NCBI GenBank assembly: GCA_951406725.2
Contig: OX597818.1
Coordinates: 91,450,001 to 91,514,000 of the forward strand
From: Octopus vulgaris
Taxonomy: Eukaryota
Direction of reading: 5' to 3'
DNA: 64,000 bases
Of this stretch, positions 26,782 to 59,602 are shown piece after piece. Below the pieces are notes generated by a model. The model had not been told where the DNA came from. It made no database searches and worked only from the letters and a program-made list of their open reading frames with translations. The position numbers and the translations under genes are program-made. How positions within the stretch are numbered: position 1 is the stretch's first letter; each line of letters opens with the position of its first letter.

Positions 26782-27454
26782 AACCAGAAGTTATTCTAAT
26801 TGTTGTTAAGCTTGCTGACCTTATTGATACAACAATCATTGCAGCTGATGCTACCGTTGTTGTTGTTGTTGTTGTTGTTGTTGTTGCTGTTATTGTTGTT
26901 TATCTGGTTCATGTTTTGTTATTATCGATGTTAACATTGTTTTTGCCTCTTAATAAGTTTGGCAGTTGTTAGACCTACAACAACGTATAATGCGAGAACA
27001 AAACTGGTGCCAAAACAAACTGCAAATCATCATAGTTCAGAGCGTAACATTTTTCTTCATGATTTATGCATTATCACTTTCATTCCCTTCGTTTCTCTTC
27101 AACTTTCACTGTGTATTTCTCTCTCATTCTCATTATTTTTCTAGTTATCTCTCCCCTCAATCACTTGATTGCACTATATATATATAATCGCATTCTTCAC
27201 CCAATATCTCACTTTCCATCTTTCACTTTTCAATGAATGTCTCTAATTTTAACTGTATCTTCCCCCTCTTCCTCTCGCTCTCTCGTTTTCTCTTCCACTC
27301 TCAGAATATTTTATTCTAACGCCCTCACGATTTCTCTTCTCTCACATCTTATCAATATATCTCATGTTTTCTCCTCATTTATAACTATAGCGTTCAATTT
27401 GGCATTGCTCATAATATATCTGTTATAATATTATATTACTCAACTACCAACCAA

Positions 27455-27540
27455 CCTACCTACCTACCTACCTACCTACCTACCTACCTACCTACCTACC
27501 TACCTACCTACCTACCTACCTACCTACCTACCTACCTACC
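27455..27540 (+). repeat. (CCTA)n microsatellite
   Basis: Seen directly. Confidence 0.95.
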
Positions 27541-27644
27541 TGCCTACATACATATATACATACCTGCCTGACTGCATGCCTGTCTACCTGTCAGTATGCT
27601 TACATACATACATATGCCAGCATATATACATAATGCATGCAGAC

Positions 27645-27676
<32 letters not shown>

Positions 27677-27866
27677 CTATAAATCTATCATCTATCTATC
27701 TATCTGTCTATCTATCTATCATCTATCTAGTTATCATCTATCAATCTAGTGTAAGTGTATTTGAATGTAATCAAATAAAAATTCTTCTCCTTGATAGCCA
27801 AATACATTCAAGTTACACAGACTTCATACGCGTATGCGTGTATGTATATATATACACACACATACA

Positions 27867-27907
<41 letters not shown>

Positions 27908-28514
27908 GCATATAGTTATATATGCACATAGATATATGTATATATATATATATAGAGTGTGTGTGCCTGTACAAGTTGTGCGTTATTCCTTTAGCTTGTA
28001 GCCAAATAAAATTATGCACATACACACACATACACACAATCACATTTATACACATATATCCACTTATACATTCATACATATGTAGCAGAGATATTTCTTC
28101 GCGTGTGTATATGTGTGCACGCGTGTATATATGTACGCGTGTATATATGTACGCGCGCGTGTGTCTGTGTTCATCGTTCAGAGAAGAAAATTTCTCCACA
28201 CCCTTCCCATATCTTATTGGCATTCTTTAATTTCCTCCTTCCCTGTTTGTTTATTTGTTTATCCTTGTATTGTTTTCACTGCAGCAGATTATTGAACTAA
28301 AGAATGAGTGCATTGATGATATAAGAGAAAATAATAGATTAAATTATATAAACAGAGCGAAAGAAAAAGAATTGAGAATTTCAATCTATAAAAAAATAAA
28401 TTTTACCGTTGGCACCCGGCCACACGTTTTGAAGGAGGAATTTAGGTGATGCAATCTCCCCTGTACCTGATTGTTTTTGTATTTTCATATCCGCAACTGC
28501 CATGCTTAATTCGT

Positions 28515-28581
<67 letters not shown>

Positions 28582-28765
28582 ATACATAAACATATATATG
28601 AATACATACAAACATACATGAATACATCATACATGCACAGATATATATGTATATACACACATACATGCTTTCATACATATGTACATACATTTGTGTGTAT
28701 ATACGTGTGTATAATTGATGGATAGATACATAGACAAACAGACATATATGCATACATGATATACA

Positions 28766-28805
<40 letters not shown>

Positions 28806-28829
28806 AGCATAGATATACGTATAATATAT

Positions 28830-28874
<45 letters not shown>

Positions 28875-28890
28875 ATGTATGTGTGTGTTT

Positions 28891-28954
<64 letters not shown>

Positions 28955-29492
28955 ACTTACCAACAGCACAGAAAAAAGTAAAAATAAAAGAAACAGATTG
29001 GGTTTTTTGAGTTATACTGTAGAGATAACAACGGGAAAAGTTAAGAGCGATGCGTTTAAGGCCTCCTAATGGTTAATGAATGACTGCAACTCATTCTTAG
29101 GGAATGCAAAGCAACGTAAAATACATACCTAGACAGGAAGTAGTAGGAGAGAGAATCCATGTGAAACAGGGAGAATTAAAAATTGAATAAAAAGAGGAAG
29201 AAAATCTGCTAAGTATTTATAGAATTAATATATTTACCCATGCGTTCTCAGCGTCTTCTGTCACTCAAATATTGAGGAAATAAGAGTCATGTCCCTCCCT
29301 TTTTGCTTCTAATGTATTGACCTTCTCCGAAATGTCGGCAACTTCACACAACTGAGTAATCTTAATTTTATTTCTCACGTTTTCTAAATAATATTACACT
29401 TCCGAAAGCAGACAATCTTCAGTTCTATGGACGTGATTCAATATCACGATAAATGTTCTTGTGTAATTTCCTACAAATTCTGCGATATAATG

Positions 29493-29548
<56 letters not shown>

Positions 29549-29550
<2 letters not shown>

Positions 29551-29770
29551 TAAAATCAGTAAATATAAAGACTTGCTAATAGAAATTGAAAAAATGTGGC
29601 ATCTCAAGGCGTCTACAGTACCATTGATTGTAGGAGCTCTAGGAATGATAAAAAAGGTACTGAAACCTATTTGAAATGATACCAGGCTTAACATTCCTAC
29701 AGGAAGTGCAAAAAATCGTGTTAACTGGAACGGCTCACGCACTGAGAAGAGCAATATTGCTGTGAAAACA
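29549..29770 (+). mobile_element. R4/Dong LINE 3' fragment following (TAA)n
   Basis: DKISKYKDLLIEIEKMWHLKASTVPLIVGALGMI...QKIVLTGTAHALRR, the restriction-like endonuclease C-terminus. Confidence 0.8.
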
Positions 29771-29939
29771 AAATCCATTCATGAATTTATTTATTTATTA
29801 ATTATTTAAATACATATTTTACCTGCGAATTTGCGTGTGTAATCTGAGAATGCATTTAGGGAGCTTCTCTGCTCTGTGTTGTACGGAAAACACTCAGCGA
29901 GAAACGAAAGAAAATTTGAAGAAAGAAAGTAAAAAAAAA

Positions 29940-30262
29940 TGATAATAAACAGGTTCAATGTGAAAGTAGAAGAAAAAATAAACAACTATGACGATTTGAA
30001 GTGGGAAATACGAAGGTTATGCTCAATGACGAGAATACATGTGATACCAATAGTAATTGGTGCACTTAGATGTATCAGCACTCAACTACCAACATGGCTG
30101 GAAAAGATTGGTACAAAAATCAGTATTACTTTTATCTGCAAAAATTCTTCGCAGGGTTCCTGAAACATGACCAGTAAACATTTGTCACCTTAGTCTGCTG
30201 GCTGTGGACAGCTGACACTTTCCATCATATCTAGCAAAAGAAGCTTGGGGTTTTCATATAAT
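29940..30262 (+). mobile_element. Second, different R4/Dong-type LINE 3' fragment
   Basis: EEKINNYDDLKWEIRRLCSMTRIHVIPIVIGAL...LPTWLEKIG. Confidence 0.75.
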
Positions 30263-30949
30263 AATGAGGAGGATATCTATAACAACGGCTACAAAAATAC
30301 AAACACAATTACTTCAGATTTAGGCAGAAAGTCACCAATTTTTAGCAGATGGTGTTTTATACCGTGGACCTCAGTAATTGACTAGTATTACATTTTAACG
30401 AAGTTGTGAACACTCTGTACTCTGTATCCAATTGTATTTTAAACAAAGAACAGTAATGTCCATTTGCATAGCTCTATGATTAAAAAGACGGTCTCGTCTT
30501 TCGCAAATGTCAGCCAAAAGCGTTTTAAGTATGATGAGTATATGTTTCAGACTCAATACATCTTAGAAATATAATTAATAAAACTTACAGTTAATATCAA
30601 AGTTTAGTTTGTACAAAATCACTTAAACAAAATATATATAATAATAAAAGTAGTACATACAAATTATCAGAGGCTCGGTGGTTGACCAATAACCTACCGA
30701 CTCGGTATATGAGCATATCAGAAGAAAACCATAGAGAAATAATTGTAACTAACGTATATTTGTAAAGATGTGTTCGAGTTGGTCTCCAGCGTTGATGTCA
30801 TCAACATTAATAATTTGTTGGTTGTTTAGTTAGGGTTTTATTTGTGTCTCGGTAGCAGCCGATTGGCCCAAATAGGACAAGATTATGGTAAATGGTATTT
30901 CAGATAAGACTTTCACGGAATTAGAAATAGTTTAGTATTTATTACTCAT

Positions 30950-31160
30950 TAAGGCAGCTCCTGGCCGCTTCGATAGCACGACAGACAAAATGCTTAGCTG
31001 TATTTCACCCGTCTTCAAGTCCTGAGTTGAAATTCCATCGAGGTCGACTTTTCCTTTTAAACTTTCGTGATCGATAAAATAATTACCAGTTGAGGACTGG
31101 AGTTGGTGTAATCGACTTACCCTTCTCCGAAATTGCTGACCTTACGCCAAAATTTGAAAC
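30950..31160 (+). mobile_element. Older SINE family A copy
   Basis: Diverged match (aaatgcttagc...gaggtcgactt...aatcgactt); similar decayed copies near 37297-37450 (+) and 51300-51570 (-). Confidence 0.7.
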
Positions 31161-32199
31161 TATATATACTATTTTTGGAATAGTATATTTGAATGCAAAA
31201 TGGTATTCCTAATGGACTGAACGATTGCATAGCAACTTCTATGTTGGCTACTATTATAGGGATTTTAAAACTTCATTGTATATGTTATTGAACTTAAAGG
31301 CATAAAGTGTAAAATGAACCACGGTCAACCCATAAAAACATGAATATGTAAAAGTTCGCAACTAAGATGTTGCAGGTATATAGTGTAGATCCTGACTAAT
31401 TCTGGCTCTACAAATTAAGTTGATAATCACTGAGGATGATAATATTCAAAGCCTTTGTCTGTTTCTTGCATACAGTGAGTAATGAAAATGTATTGATAAT
31501 CTCATTAAACATGTTAATTACTTTGTAGTATTGGTACCATAAAATGATGTTGTTTCTGGAGAACCATATTTCGATTACTGCTTGAAAATTTTTACTTAAG
31601 TTTTTTGGATTAATTACAAAAGTTGTACATACAAACTATCAGAGGCTCGGTCGTTTGAGCAATAACCTACGGACTAGGCATATGAGCATATCAGAAGAAC
31701 ACCATAGAGAAATAATTCAACATTCCAGTATATGCACGTTAGTTTCAACGTTAACATTTTTGTTAGTTGATGTGTGAATTGTTGAGAATCATAATGGATA
31801 ATTTATTAGAAAATTAAGAAAATTGTATATTTAATGATATACATAATGAGAATGAAACAGAAGTAGAGATGAAGTGACTACTTATAGCTGGTTTGTGAAA
31901 ATAGATATTTAGTTTGATTTTGAGCAAAAGATTTTTTGTTGTACTAGAGGATTCAAAGTGAAGGAGCAGCTTGTTTAGAAAGTTGTTTTGTCCCATAAGA
32001 TAAATAACCTTTCTGAAACTTGTGAGATCGATATAGTTGATTTTGATCTTGAACATCACCTCGTTGCTGATTACGGGTGAAAAGTAAGTAGGAGAAAGAA
32101 CCGAAATTGGCTGAAATTTTGGGAAGAAAACTGGGAAATGTGGCTTCTGCGAGCAAGAGACAATATGGATAACAAGAAGCGAAAAGTGGACGTCGATGG

Positions 32200-33250
32200 A
32201 GGCTGTGCACAACCAGCTAGGTCTGAGAGTTCATTAAGCAGAAAAGATAGAAAATTGTATGGATGAGATTACCACTATTTCTTGAAGGTCAAATTTTATT
32301 GGTGATGGTTTACATGCATCCCTGTAGAATGGCTTTCTTTTAGGCACAGTCTAATATGCTTTAGCAACATCATCCTGTTTGCGGGGGCAATATTCGTCTA
32401 TAGATATGACTTGAGATTTGTTAGAAGATAGTGGGACTGAATTAATGTTCTTTTATCTTTTGTTTGTTTTGGGGTTTTTTTCTTGCATGTATAATGAATC
32501 TAACATTGTGTATCTTAATATATCTATTGGTATTGAAGGTTTGCATGTTTTCTATGATTAGAAGGCGGGAAACAAGATTAGTAATTTGCTGTGTGGCGAC
32601 AGTTTTTGTGCTAACGAATATCACAACATCGACATGCTACCAGTACGCTAGATAATATTTTGAGTTATTTTCACATAAAAATATTGAATCTGGCATCAGA
32701 TGTCTTCATTGCGCACAAGTGACCAATAAGTATTGAAGGTCGGGGTGATGTACAGAGTTGTAGCATCAGCTAAAAATATCTTAGCGCTGTTGCGGATTAG
32801 AAGTGTGGGAAGGTCATAACTTAAGAATGGTTCACACCACTGTAAAAATTCTGACCCAATCTAAATTAACGATTGCTAAGGTGCTGTAATCTGAGAGACT
32901 AAAGCCGGATGAACAGTCAACCTACCTAAGAGGTTTGCCTGTCTGAGATGGTCGAATGTACAGATGATATCAAACAAACGAAACGTCGTTTTTTAACTAG
33001 ATTTTTTAAAGTAAAGGGCCCAACAATGACTGAAACATTAAAGTGGACCTTGAGTACCTCAACATTAAAGAAGTCGTAGTGTTGGATGAAGTGGAGTTTG
33101 TGTTGTTTGAGATGGTTGTTAATGATATACTTGTTTAACATTTTCGAGAGTTAAGTGTTATGCCACATTTTAAAGTGGTAATGAATATTGAACCCTTATA
33201 GAAAGCCTCCTACCCGACGTTGTAATAAACCCTTCTGTCAACTAGTGTAT
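32200..33250 (-). mobile_element. Highly decayed Penelope-like RT remnant (tentative)
   Basis: Only fragmentary similarity, e.g. LLKHIRLCLKESH; many stops; boundaries approximate. Confidence 0.3.
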
Positions 33251-36200
33251 CTTTATTGGATGAGTAATTGGCTCATCCTTCATTAATAATTCTTTTACTA
33301 CTTAATTAAAGATGATTTCTGGCTAGATTTATAGAGTTATATATTTTTTTATTCTTTATTCATTAGTATTTCATTTAATAAAAAGTCGATGGTGGTGGTG
33401 GTGGTGGTGTCGATAGTAGTAGTGATGGTGATTGTGATGATGGAGATGGGGGTGGATGTGTCGATGACGAAAACGACGATGACGTCGACTGCAGTGGTGA
33501 GAAGAACTGCAATGTTGCTTCTATTTTTCATGCTAGTGATGATTGTGATTCTGTGAGACATTTGATATTATCTGCTTAAGAGGTTTGCGCCATCACAGCA
33601 AAGTTAACAGAACTTCCTTTAAAGAAATACTATCCTGAAATTCTTCCTGATAGCATTTCCAAAATTTTGCGGTTTTGATTAATTTTCTCGAACGAACAGA
33701 GAACTTAGAAAATTGGTTAAAAAAACATAAATGGAAAAAAAAGGAAACGAAACAAAACAAAGAAAGCAATTCAGGAAATATAAAACAAGGAAAAAAAACG
33801 AAATAAGGCAACAAACTGTAAAAAAAAAACTCCCCCAAAACAAAATTCAGACATTAATATTTTTATTGATTTTTTTCCATGGAGTCCATTTGCAAACCCT
33901 GACAGCTATTTTATAAAACAAATTAACTCTATTCAATCAATCAATACTGACGATTTGCTGTGTGTTTGAGCTCTTTTGGAAATAGCAGAAATAAAAGAAA
34001 ACATGTTATGTGGCTTCGCACTATTTCTAATAGAATGTCAAACTTTATGACTTTATGGAAGCTCAGATTTAAGAAGTCGTTCATTGCAAGCTGAAGCGGT
34101 AAACACATATATCAAGTTGACATATTTATGGAAAATACGTTGTGTAAAACTTCCATATCAAACATTCTCGTTGCATATATTGAATCTGCAGATGTTGAAA
34201 ATTTACGATCGATGTCTCTTTTTATTTATGGCAAAGTGTAACGCGTATTCATCTATCAGAGTTGTAAGATTATGATTAAATATTTTCATGCACCTTTCAC
34301 ACAAGGCATTCGATAAAATGTAAACCCATTCCTCCTTGCGTGATGACACCACAGTCCGAGTTAAGAATAGATATGGAGCTCATATCTGCGATGCACTGTA
34401 GATATATTTTCAGTATCTATGTCGTGTAAAAGTATGTATGTTTAGCAAGATATATCTAAGCTGCATTTGCATGTTATTTATCACTATATATTGTCTTTCT
34501 TTACTTAGATTTCGTTCTTATATGCTAATGATTTGCGTCCAACTGATAAAACAGTGGGTAATATTTTTTTCTGTTTGTATACAGTGCACTTTGTGTAACA
34601 GACGCAACAAATTTGTGGTGAAAAGCTTTAGAAATTGACGTTGTATACTTTTGCGACGTGGGATATGTGATAACATATAGTAATGTTGATGGGTATAGTC
34701 ACTTAATTATTTTCATAGATAGTTGGGAGCTGAATGGCTTAATCTATTTAGAGGTTTACTTATATATATATATATATATAACTTGCTTGCACAGATGCAT
34801 ACATGTTCTCTGAGAGGTATGAATCACAGATTGCTTTATAGCAATGTTAGGTATATGCTCTTAGATAGAACATATTTCTTTTGGTGCATTATGACATTCT
34901 TCTAATATCACTTTATCTGTGCATGTATACTTACCTGTTATTCTAATCTTCAATTGATACCGCTCACACCTCATCCATACAGCATTAATGATATTCAGGT
35001 AGTTGTTTGTAAGTGTATTTGTTTGCGATTCTTTCCTCTACTTTATTTAGAGAATTGACGCTAGTTGTTCGGTATTGTGTAATACAAAATGTGTATTATA
35101 AAATGTACATGCAAACCTGTTGTAAAGTAATGTTTCTCAGTTGCAAACCGCATTTGTCCGCAGTCAAAGATATTTACATGCAGTAAATGACTGAACCTTA
35201 TGAAAGAGACTTATTCAAGGCTACTGAATTACAGACTCCTTATAGCATTGTATAAACTGTTTTGCGGTAATCGTTCTGGTTGAAATCCCACAGACGTCAA
35301 CGTGGCATTTTTTCTTTCGGTGTCATAAATATCGTTGTCCTCCACCGAGGTCGCGTCTTCATTTTTTTTACCTCATTTATTTATTTATATATTTTGTCAG
35401 TATATTTTTCTCCTTCTGGAATAATTTAACTATGTTCAGATCTGGGAAGAGATAGGTACTACCAGGTTATAAATTTGTGCAAGATACCTGCATATCGCGA
35501 TGGTAACTCAATGACCCCATCATGGTATTCAAGGCGCATAATAGGGATTGGCATGATAGGAAATTATTGCAAGGACCCGAAGGGAAGACAATGTTATATT
35601 GAACATATTTTGATCTCAAGGAATAAGGGAATCTTAACATTTAGAAGCTACATTTTAGACTTCTATTCTTTGTGTTAGTCATCCCTCTCGTATTGCAAAA
35701 ATAAGAATTCTTATGATTTCTGATTTAGGAACAAGGCTAGAATTGTTATGGCTAGGATAGATCGGTACCCAAACCTCGAATTTTCAACCACGAAACGATG
35801 AAAAGCAAAGCTGACATCGAACGAAATTGAACTCGGAATATGAAAAGCGAGAACAACTACCGCAACGCTTCCTGACGCTTTAGAAGTTCTTCCACTACAA
35901 CACTCTAGCAATATTTATAAGACTATGGATTTCATAGACTGACAACGACATATAAACCACTCAGAATTTATTCAGTCATTAATTCCTTTAAATCCACGCG
36001 GAACGTAGAGCTCTAACAAGAGATCTCCATATATTTTTATCTTTGCCAATGGATTGTTGTTGTCCCAGTTATAGCCGCCAGCAAGTGCCATAGTTTTTGT
36101 TCAACTTTTCCGCGTTTTATTTTTCTATTACTATGCCACGCTTCCCTCACCTTTGGAAGGTTTTTATTTTACTAGAGGTTTCAAAATGAAGGAGCAGTTG

Positions 36201-36661
36201 TTTTGTGTCATAAGATAAATAACCTTTCTGAAAATTGTGAGATCGATATAGTTGATGTTGATCTTGAACATCACCACCTTTCTGATTACAGGTAAGAGGT
36301 TTGCGTAGTGTGAGTCGCACCCAACCCCATTTCCTCCTTATATAGTAAGAATATTCCCAACACAAACTCCAGGATATTACTAGCATGCTTTACCCTCGTC
36401 TTAGGACAAAGTTACTGAGAGTTGAACTATGAAAACCCTGTATGAGGATATCACATATTTAAAAAGCAACATCTAAACGTTTCTAACAAGAATAATCCCA
36501 TTGGCAATCCTGTGTATCAAAGAATAGCATAAATCAACATGCAAGAAAAATCAGTAGCAAAAACGTCATATGTATGTTTAAAGAAAACAAATTTATTTCA
36601 TGCTTCTTAAAATCTGAGATTAACTTGATTTCCAGAAAAGAAAAGTTAAGCATTGAGATGG

Positions 36662-36677
36662 TTTATTGATATTTATT
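36662..36677 (-). terminator. Candidate polyadenylation signals (two AATAAA) for S-crystallin
   Basis: tttatt on + at 36672-36677 and 36662-36667, the first AATAAA hexamers I found about 330 nt past the stop; another lies at 36592-36597. Confidence 0.5.
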
Positions 36678-36738
36678 CAATATGTTATAGGTTACAACAA
36701 TAACAGTGAGAACTCTTTCAATATGTAACCTCACACGG

Positions 36739-36804
<66 letters not shown>

Positions 36805-37007
36805 TCTAGGATGTGTTCTGTTATTTTGTTCTATGAAACTTCACATTGTTATTTGCAGGAAATTGACGTTCATTCTGGAATTCCTTTTAAGGAAATTCCG
36901 TTTTGTTTCTTTCTTTGTTCGTTAATGACTCGATTAATTGGTTAATAATTATTGAGTTTTTCTATTTTATCTTTGTGACGTGTCATTGTTATTCATTTAG
37001 AATATTC

Positions 37008-55639
<18,632 letters not shown>

Positions 55640-55737
55640 GGTTGATGTTGTTGTGGGTTGTTGTAAAAAGACAAAACAAGAGTCCTGGAGTTGACTGATT
55701 AGCAGGCTGAATCTGGCATCGTCAGATGTGCCGTGTC

Positions 55738-55747
55738 CTTATATATA
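55738..55747 (-). promoter_or_regulatory. TATA box of the S-crystallin gene
   Basis: TATATATAAG on the minus strand about 100 nt upstream of the ATG, in a non-microsatellite context; implies a TSS near 55708-55715. Confidence 0.75.
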
Positions 55748-58071
55748 ACGGCAAACATTATATTTCATTGTTATCTCCCATTAACATCACAAAGACTTGA
55801 CCTTCGCATTACAAGATAATCACCCCACACACATATACATACAACACAATAAAAACATTATACCTACGCGCCACCGGAAATATACACAATTGCTAACAGA
55901 CATGCACTTACGCACATATACACACACACACACAACATATAATAAAGTACTTATACAGTCTAAACATCAAATAGCTAATCAGACCCCTCCCCCACTTCTT
56001 TACCACCGACTAAACTAATTATTCGTCTTGTATTGAAAATTACCACCTAGTGGCACTGATTCATTTTCTTCTTTAATTATTTGTTTATGTATTTTTTGTT
56101 CTTTGCAGGTAATTAGTATTTTGGTGATTAACATTTTCGCTACCCTGTACGAATTTAATCAAGTTCTACGTTGTATACTTTACTGGGGTAGAGTAGATCA
56201 GATAGATTCTAGTATGTAACTCTTTTTATCGATCTCTGAAGAATAAATGAGAGATCAAACCTAGAAGAATTTTAAATCAAGATATAAATGGAAAAAGTTC
56301 AATACTTATTCCATATATTTCTCCCTCATTTTAATTGCCTTGTCATCCTTAAATGATGTAAAATTGCTTTTACTCTCGACATCAATATAAGATTCAAAGA
56401 TTCAAGAAGACAGAACTGTATAATACCATTTGTATGATTAATCTTTTGTTCTGCACTCATTGATTTGTGATTCGCCTGTTTTTTCTTTTTCTTACTACCT
56501 TGAACCACGACGGATTCTTGCAATGCTATCGCTTGAAAATTAATAACGTTATGTAATATTTGTGGTATATTGTTCATATGTACATTATAATATATATTGT
56601 GCGTTTTGTACGTTCATGAAGGGAAGTATCTTCGTTACCCGATCATGGTTTACAAAATCATTAATTTGAGCACTGTTCCCCCATGTTTGCACAGCTCCCA
56701 CGAATGGATCCCTGAAATCAGAAGCTTATACCAGTAGTCTCCCTACGGTATCTTGCATCGACTCTGAAAATAAGCTAAATCGGGGACATCAGTTGTCTGG
56801 AAAAAATAATTGTAAGGAGAACGTCACTTATCAAGTACACTTTAGCAGAAGATATAGAAGATCCGAATCAGATGCTAATGACTCTGAAGGCTTAAAAGTA
56901 AAATGTGTGGTACAATGTATTATCTTCAAATGTATTATCCTCAAATGCCAAGATTGTTAACCAGCTAATGAGGAAAGGACAAGAGCGCTAATATGTTCAA
57001 ATTCTTCATTAACCATGAATAGCATCATGTCGTAGAAAAAGAGCGGAAAAGACTAGACATCTGTTACTAATCCAGATATTAACTGCAAAGAGGAAGAGGC
57101 GATATATTCAACTAAGATCATTGCTGTTGTTGTTCCTGTATTTGTTGTTGTTGTTGTTGTTGATGATGATGATGTTGATGATAATGATGATGATGATGAT
57201 GACGACGACGACGACGATGATCATGAACATGATGATCATGATCATGATTGTAACCTAAATAAAAAAAAATGGAAGCTGGTCTCAGCTGTTGCTGTTCTGA
57301 AAACTAGGAGCAAGCACATACGTCTAGGAACTTGGAACAAAAGAATACTACAGTACTTTTGTTACTTTAATATAGAAAATAGTTGAAATAAATATTGACA
57401 TACGAAAATATCTGAAATTACGTAGACAGATAATGGCAAGATTCAAACTATAAAATTATTATTTAATGGTGTTTGCTATTGGAAAAAAGCTAAGAAATTT
57501 AGTAATTACTTTTAAAAAAAGGTTACAGTCAAATTATTCGGATTTCGGATAGATGTAACTACAAGGAGAGCTCAGTGTTGATTCATTGCGCAAAAAGGCT
57601 CAAAGATTCATTGAAAGCAACTTTGAAAGATAGCGACATCGAACCAAATCAATAAGGGGATCTTGCTCATGATAGTTCTGCATGGAAGGATGTTAACATC
57701 AGTGATTTGATGACGTTGGAATCTTTATGAATCTCTAAGCAGAGATCAAAATCGGAATTCAAAAGTCACACCATAACAAACATGTTTGTAAGTGAATATA
57801 AATGAGTGCTCTGTGAGAAATTTTTTCTCGGTTATAACATAATCAGCAAATTAACAGTTCCTTTTTATTTTCATGTTTTCTCTCATTTTCATGCTCTGCT
57901 TCTAATTTTCTTGCTATAGTATATTTTGCCACCGAATTATCATAATGAATTTTAGGGTAAAAACCAGCAAAGAATCGCCAACGAGAATATAACTCAAACT
58001 TGATTAAAGAGAGAAATGAAAGAATGTGAGCGACTAGTCACTGTTTTTTCTAAATAAAGAATATAGTACTT

Positions 58072-58455
58072 AGCGGGCAGAATCGTTAGCTCACCGGGCG
58101 AAATGCTTAGCGGTATTTCGTCTGTCGCTACGTTCTGAGTTCAAATTCCGCCGAGGTCGACTTTGCCTTTCATCATTTCAGGGTCGATAAATTAAGTACC
58201 AGTTACGCACTGGGGTCGATATAATCGACTTAATGCGTTTGTCTATCCATGTTTGTCCCTTCTGTGTTTAGCCCCTTGTGGGTAGTAAAGAAATAGGTAT
58301 TTCGTCTGTCTTTATGTTGAGTTCAAATTCCGCCGAGGTCGACTTTGCCTTTCATGCTTTCGGGGTTGAAAAATTAAGTACATGTTGCGTACTAGGGTCG
58401 CTCTAATCGACTGACCACCTCCCCGAAAATTTCGGGCATTATATCTAGAGTAGAA
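58072..58455 (+). mobile_element. SINE family A, dimer
   Basis: Same consensus; second unit starts near 58297. Confidence 0.85.
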
Positions 58456-58580
58456 AAAAAGCAAAAAGATACCTTCCTAGTAACCATGAAAGAAAGCGTA
58501 CTTCTGGAAAATTTCAGATGACATAACAAGAAATCATAGCGATTCTGTATTCTTTTCAATATCAGGGTAAACATATACTA

Positions 58581-58911
58581 GGAGGAGACACCCTTCGGTC
58601 ATGAATGACAATGGCATTGCACCTAGGAAGTTACCTTCCGAGGTACAAATCAGGGCATGATTATTTGTGGAAGGCTAGCAGTCGCCCATACATACCAGCC
58701 TCTCCTCTCCACCCTACCAGTGTTATCCGAGGGAAAGGCAAAGGCTTGGCACCAGTGATGCCGCAACTCATTTCTACAGCTGAGTTAACTGGGGCAACGT
58801 GAAATAAAGTGTCTTGCTCAAGAACACAACACGCAACCCGGTCCGGGAATCGAACTCACAACCTCACGATCGTAAGCTCTACGCTCTAACCACAGAGCCA
58901 TGCGCCTTCAC
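58581..58911 (-). mobile_element. tRNA-derived SINE, family C
   Basis: Minus-strand head gtgaaggcgcatggctctgtggttagagcg...gagttcgattcccgg with A and B boxes; homologous to 22708-23011. Confidence 0.85.
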
Positions 58912-59602
58912 AGACATATACTAAATGGCATGAAATTGTCTATTTGTGTTCTATTATGCATAAAACGCCAAACCTGAGACTGCAGGAAAATTAGGAGTAA
59001 AATACGACTAACCAAATGATAGATGATAATATTGCTAAGCAGTAACTAAAAATTCTACAAGAATGAACACATAGTATATAAGGAAATATCGCAAGTTTTT
59101 GAGATGTGGGTATATAGACTTTCGAGAATATCTTGGACAAAAAGAAAGCATTAATATTTTTTTTTTAGTCAACACTAGATTGAAAACTAAAATATCTATT
59201 ATAAATATAGTCTGATTTTTAGTATTTCTATTCAGTCAATAGAATGCAAAGTCGTTGCCCAGCTACCAAATTTTTAGGAGCACGCAATGACTTAAAACGT
59301 ATTGAATTCCCATTCTGTATGTAACTTTCAATTTAATACATTTAGGATTGATATCATGTATATCAATTAAGGGCAAGAAAATGTTTAGGCTTTCCACTTA
59401 AATTTCTATGGTATTGTTCAAGTAGTAGACATTAAAATTACAAATATTTCTTATTGATGGTTTTAAAGGGTTTCAGAAAAGTATGCTTGTATGTAATTGG
59501 AGGATTAGAAATATTTCACTCTTGGCGAAAGGTCATAGTTCCATGCAAAGATAACCTTTCAGCACCAATACATTGAAACGTACCGAACATGTTATATACA
59601 TA

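Noticed and set aside
58840-58911. tRNA-like sequence (also other SINE heads)
   Set aside because: A/B boxes continue into SINE bodies; these are SINE heads, not tRNA genes.
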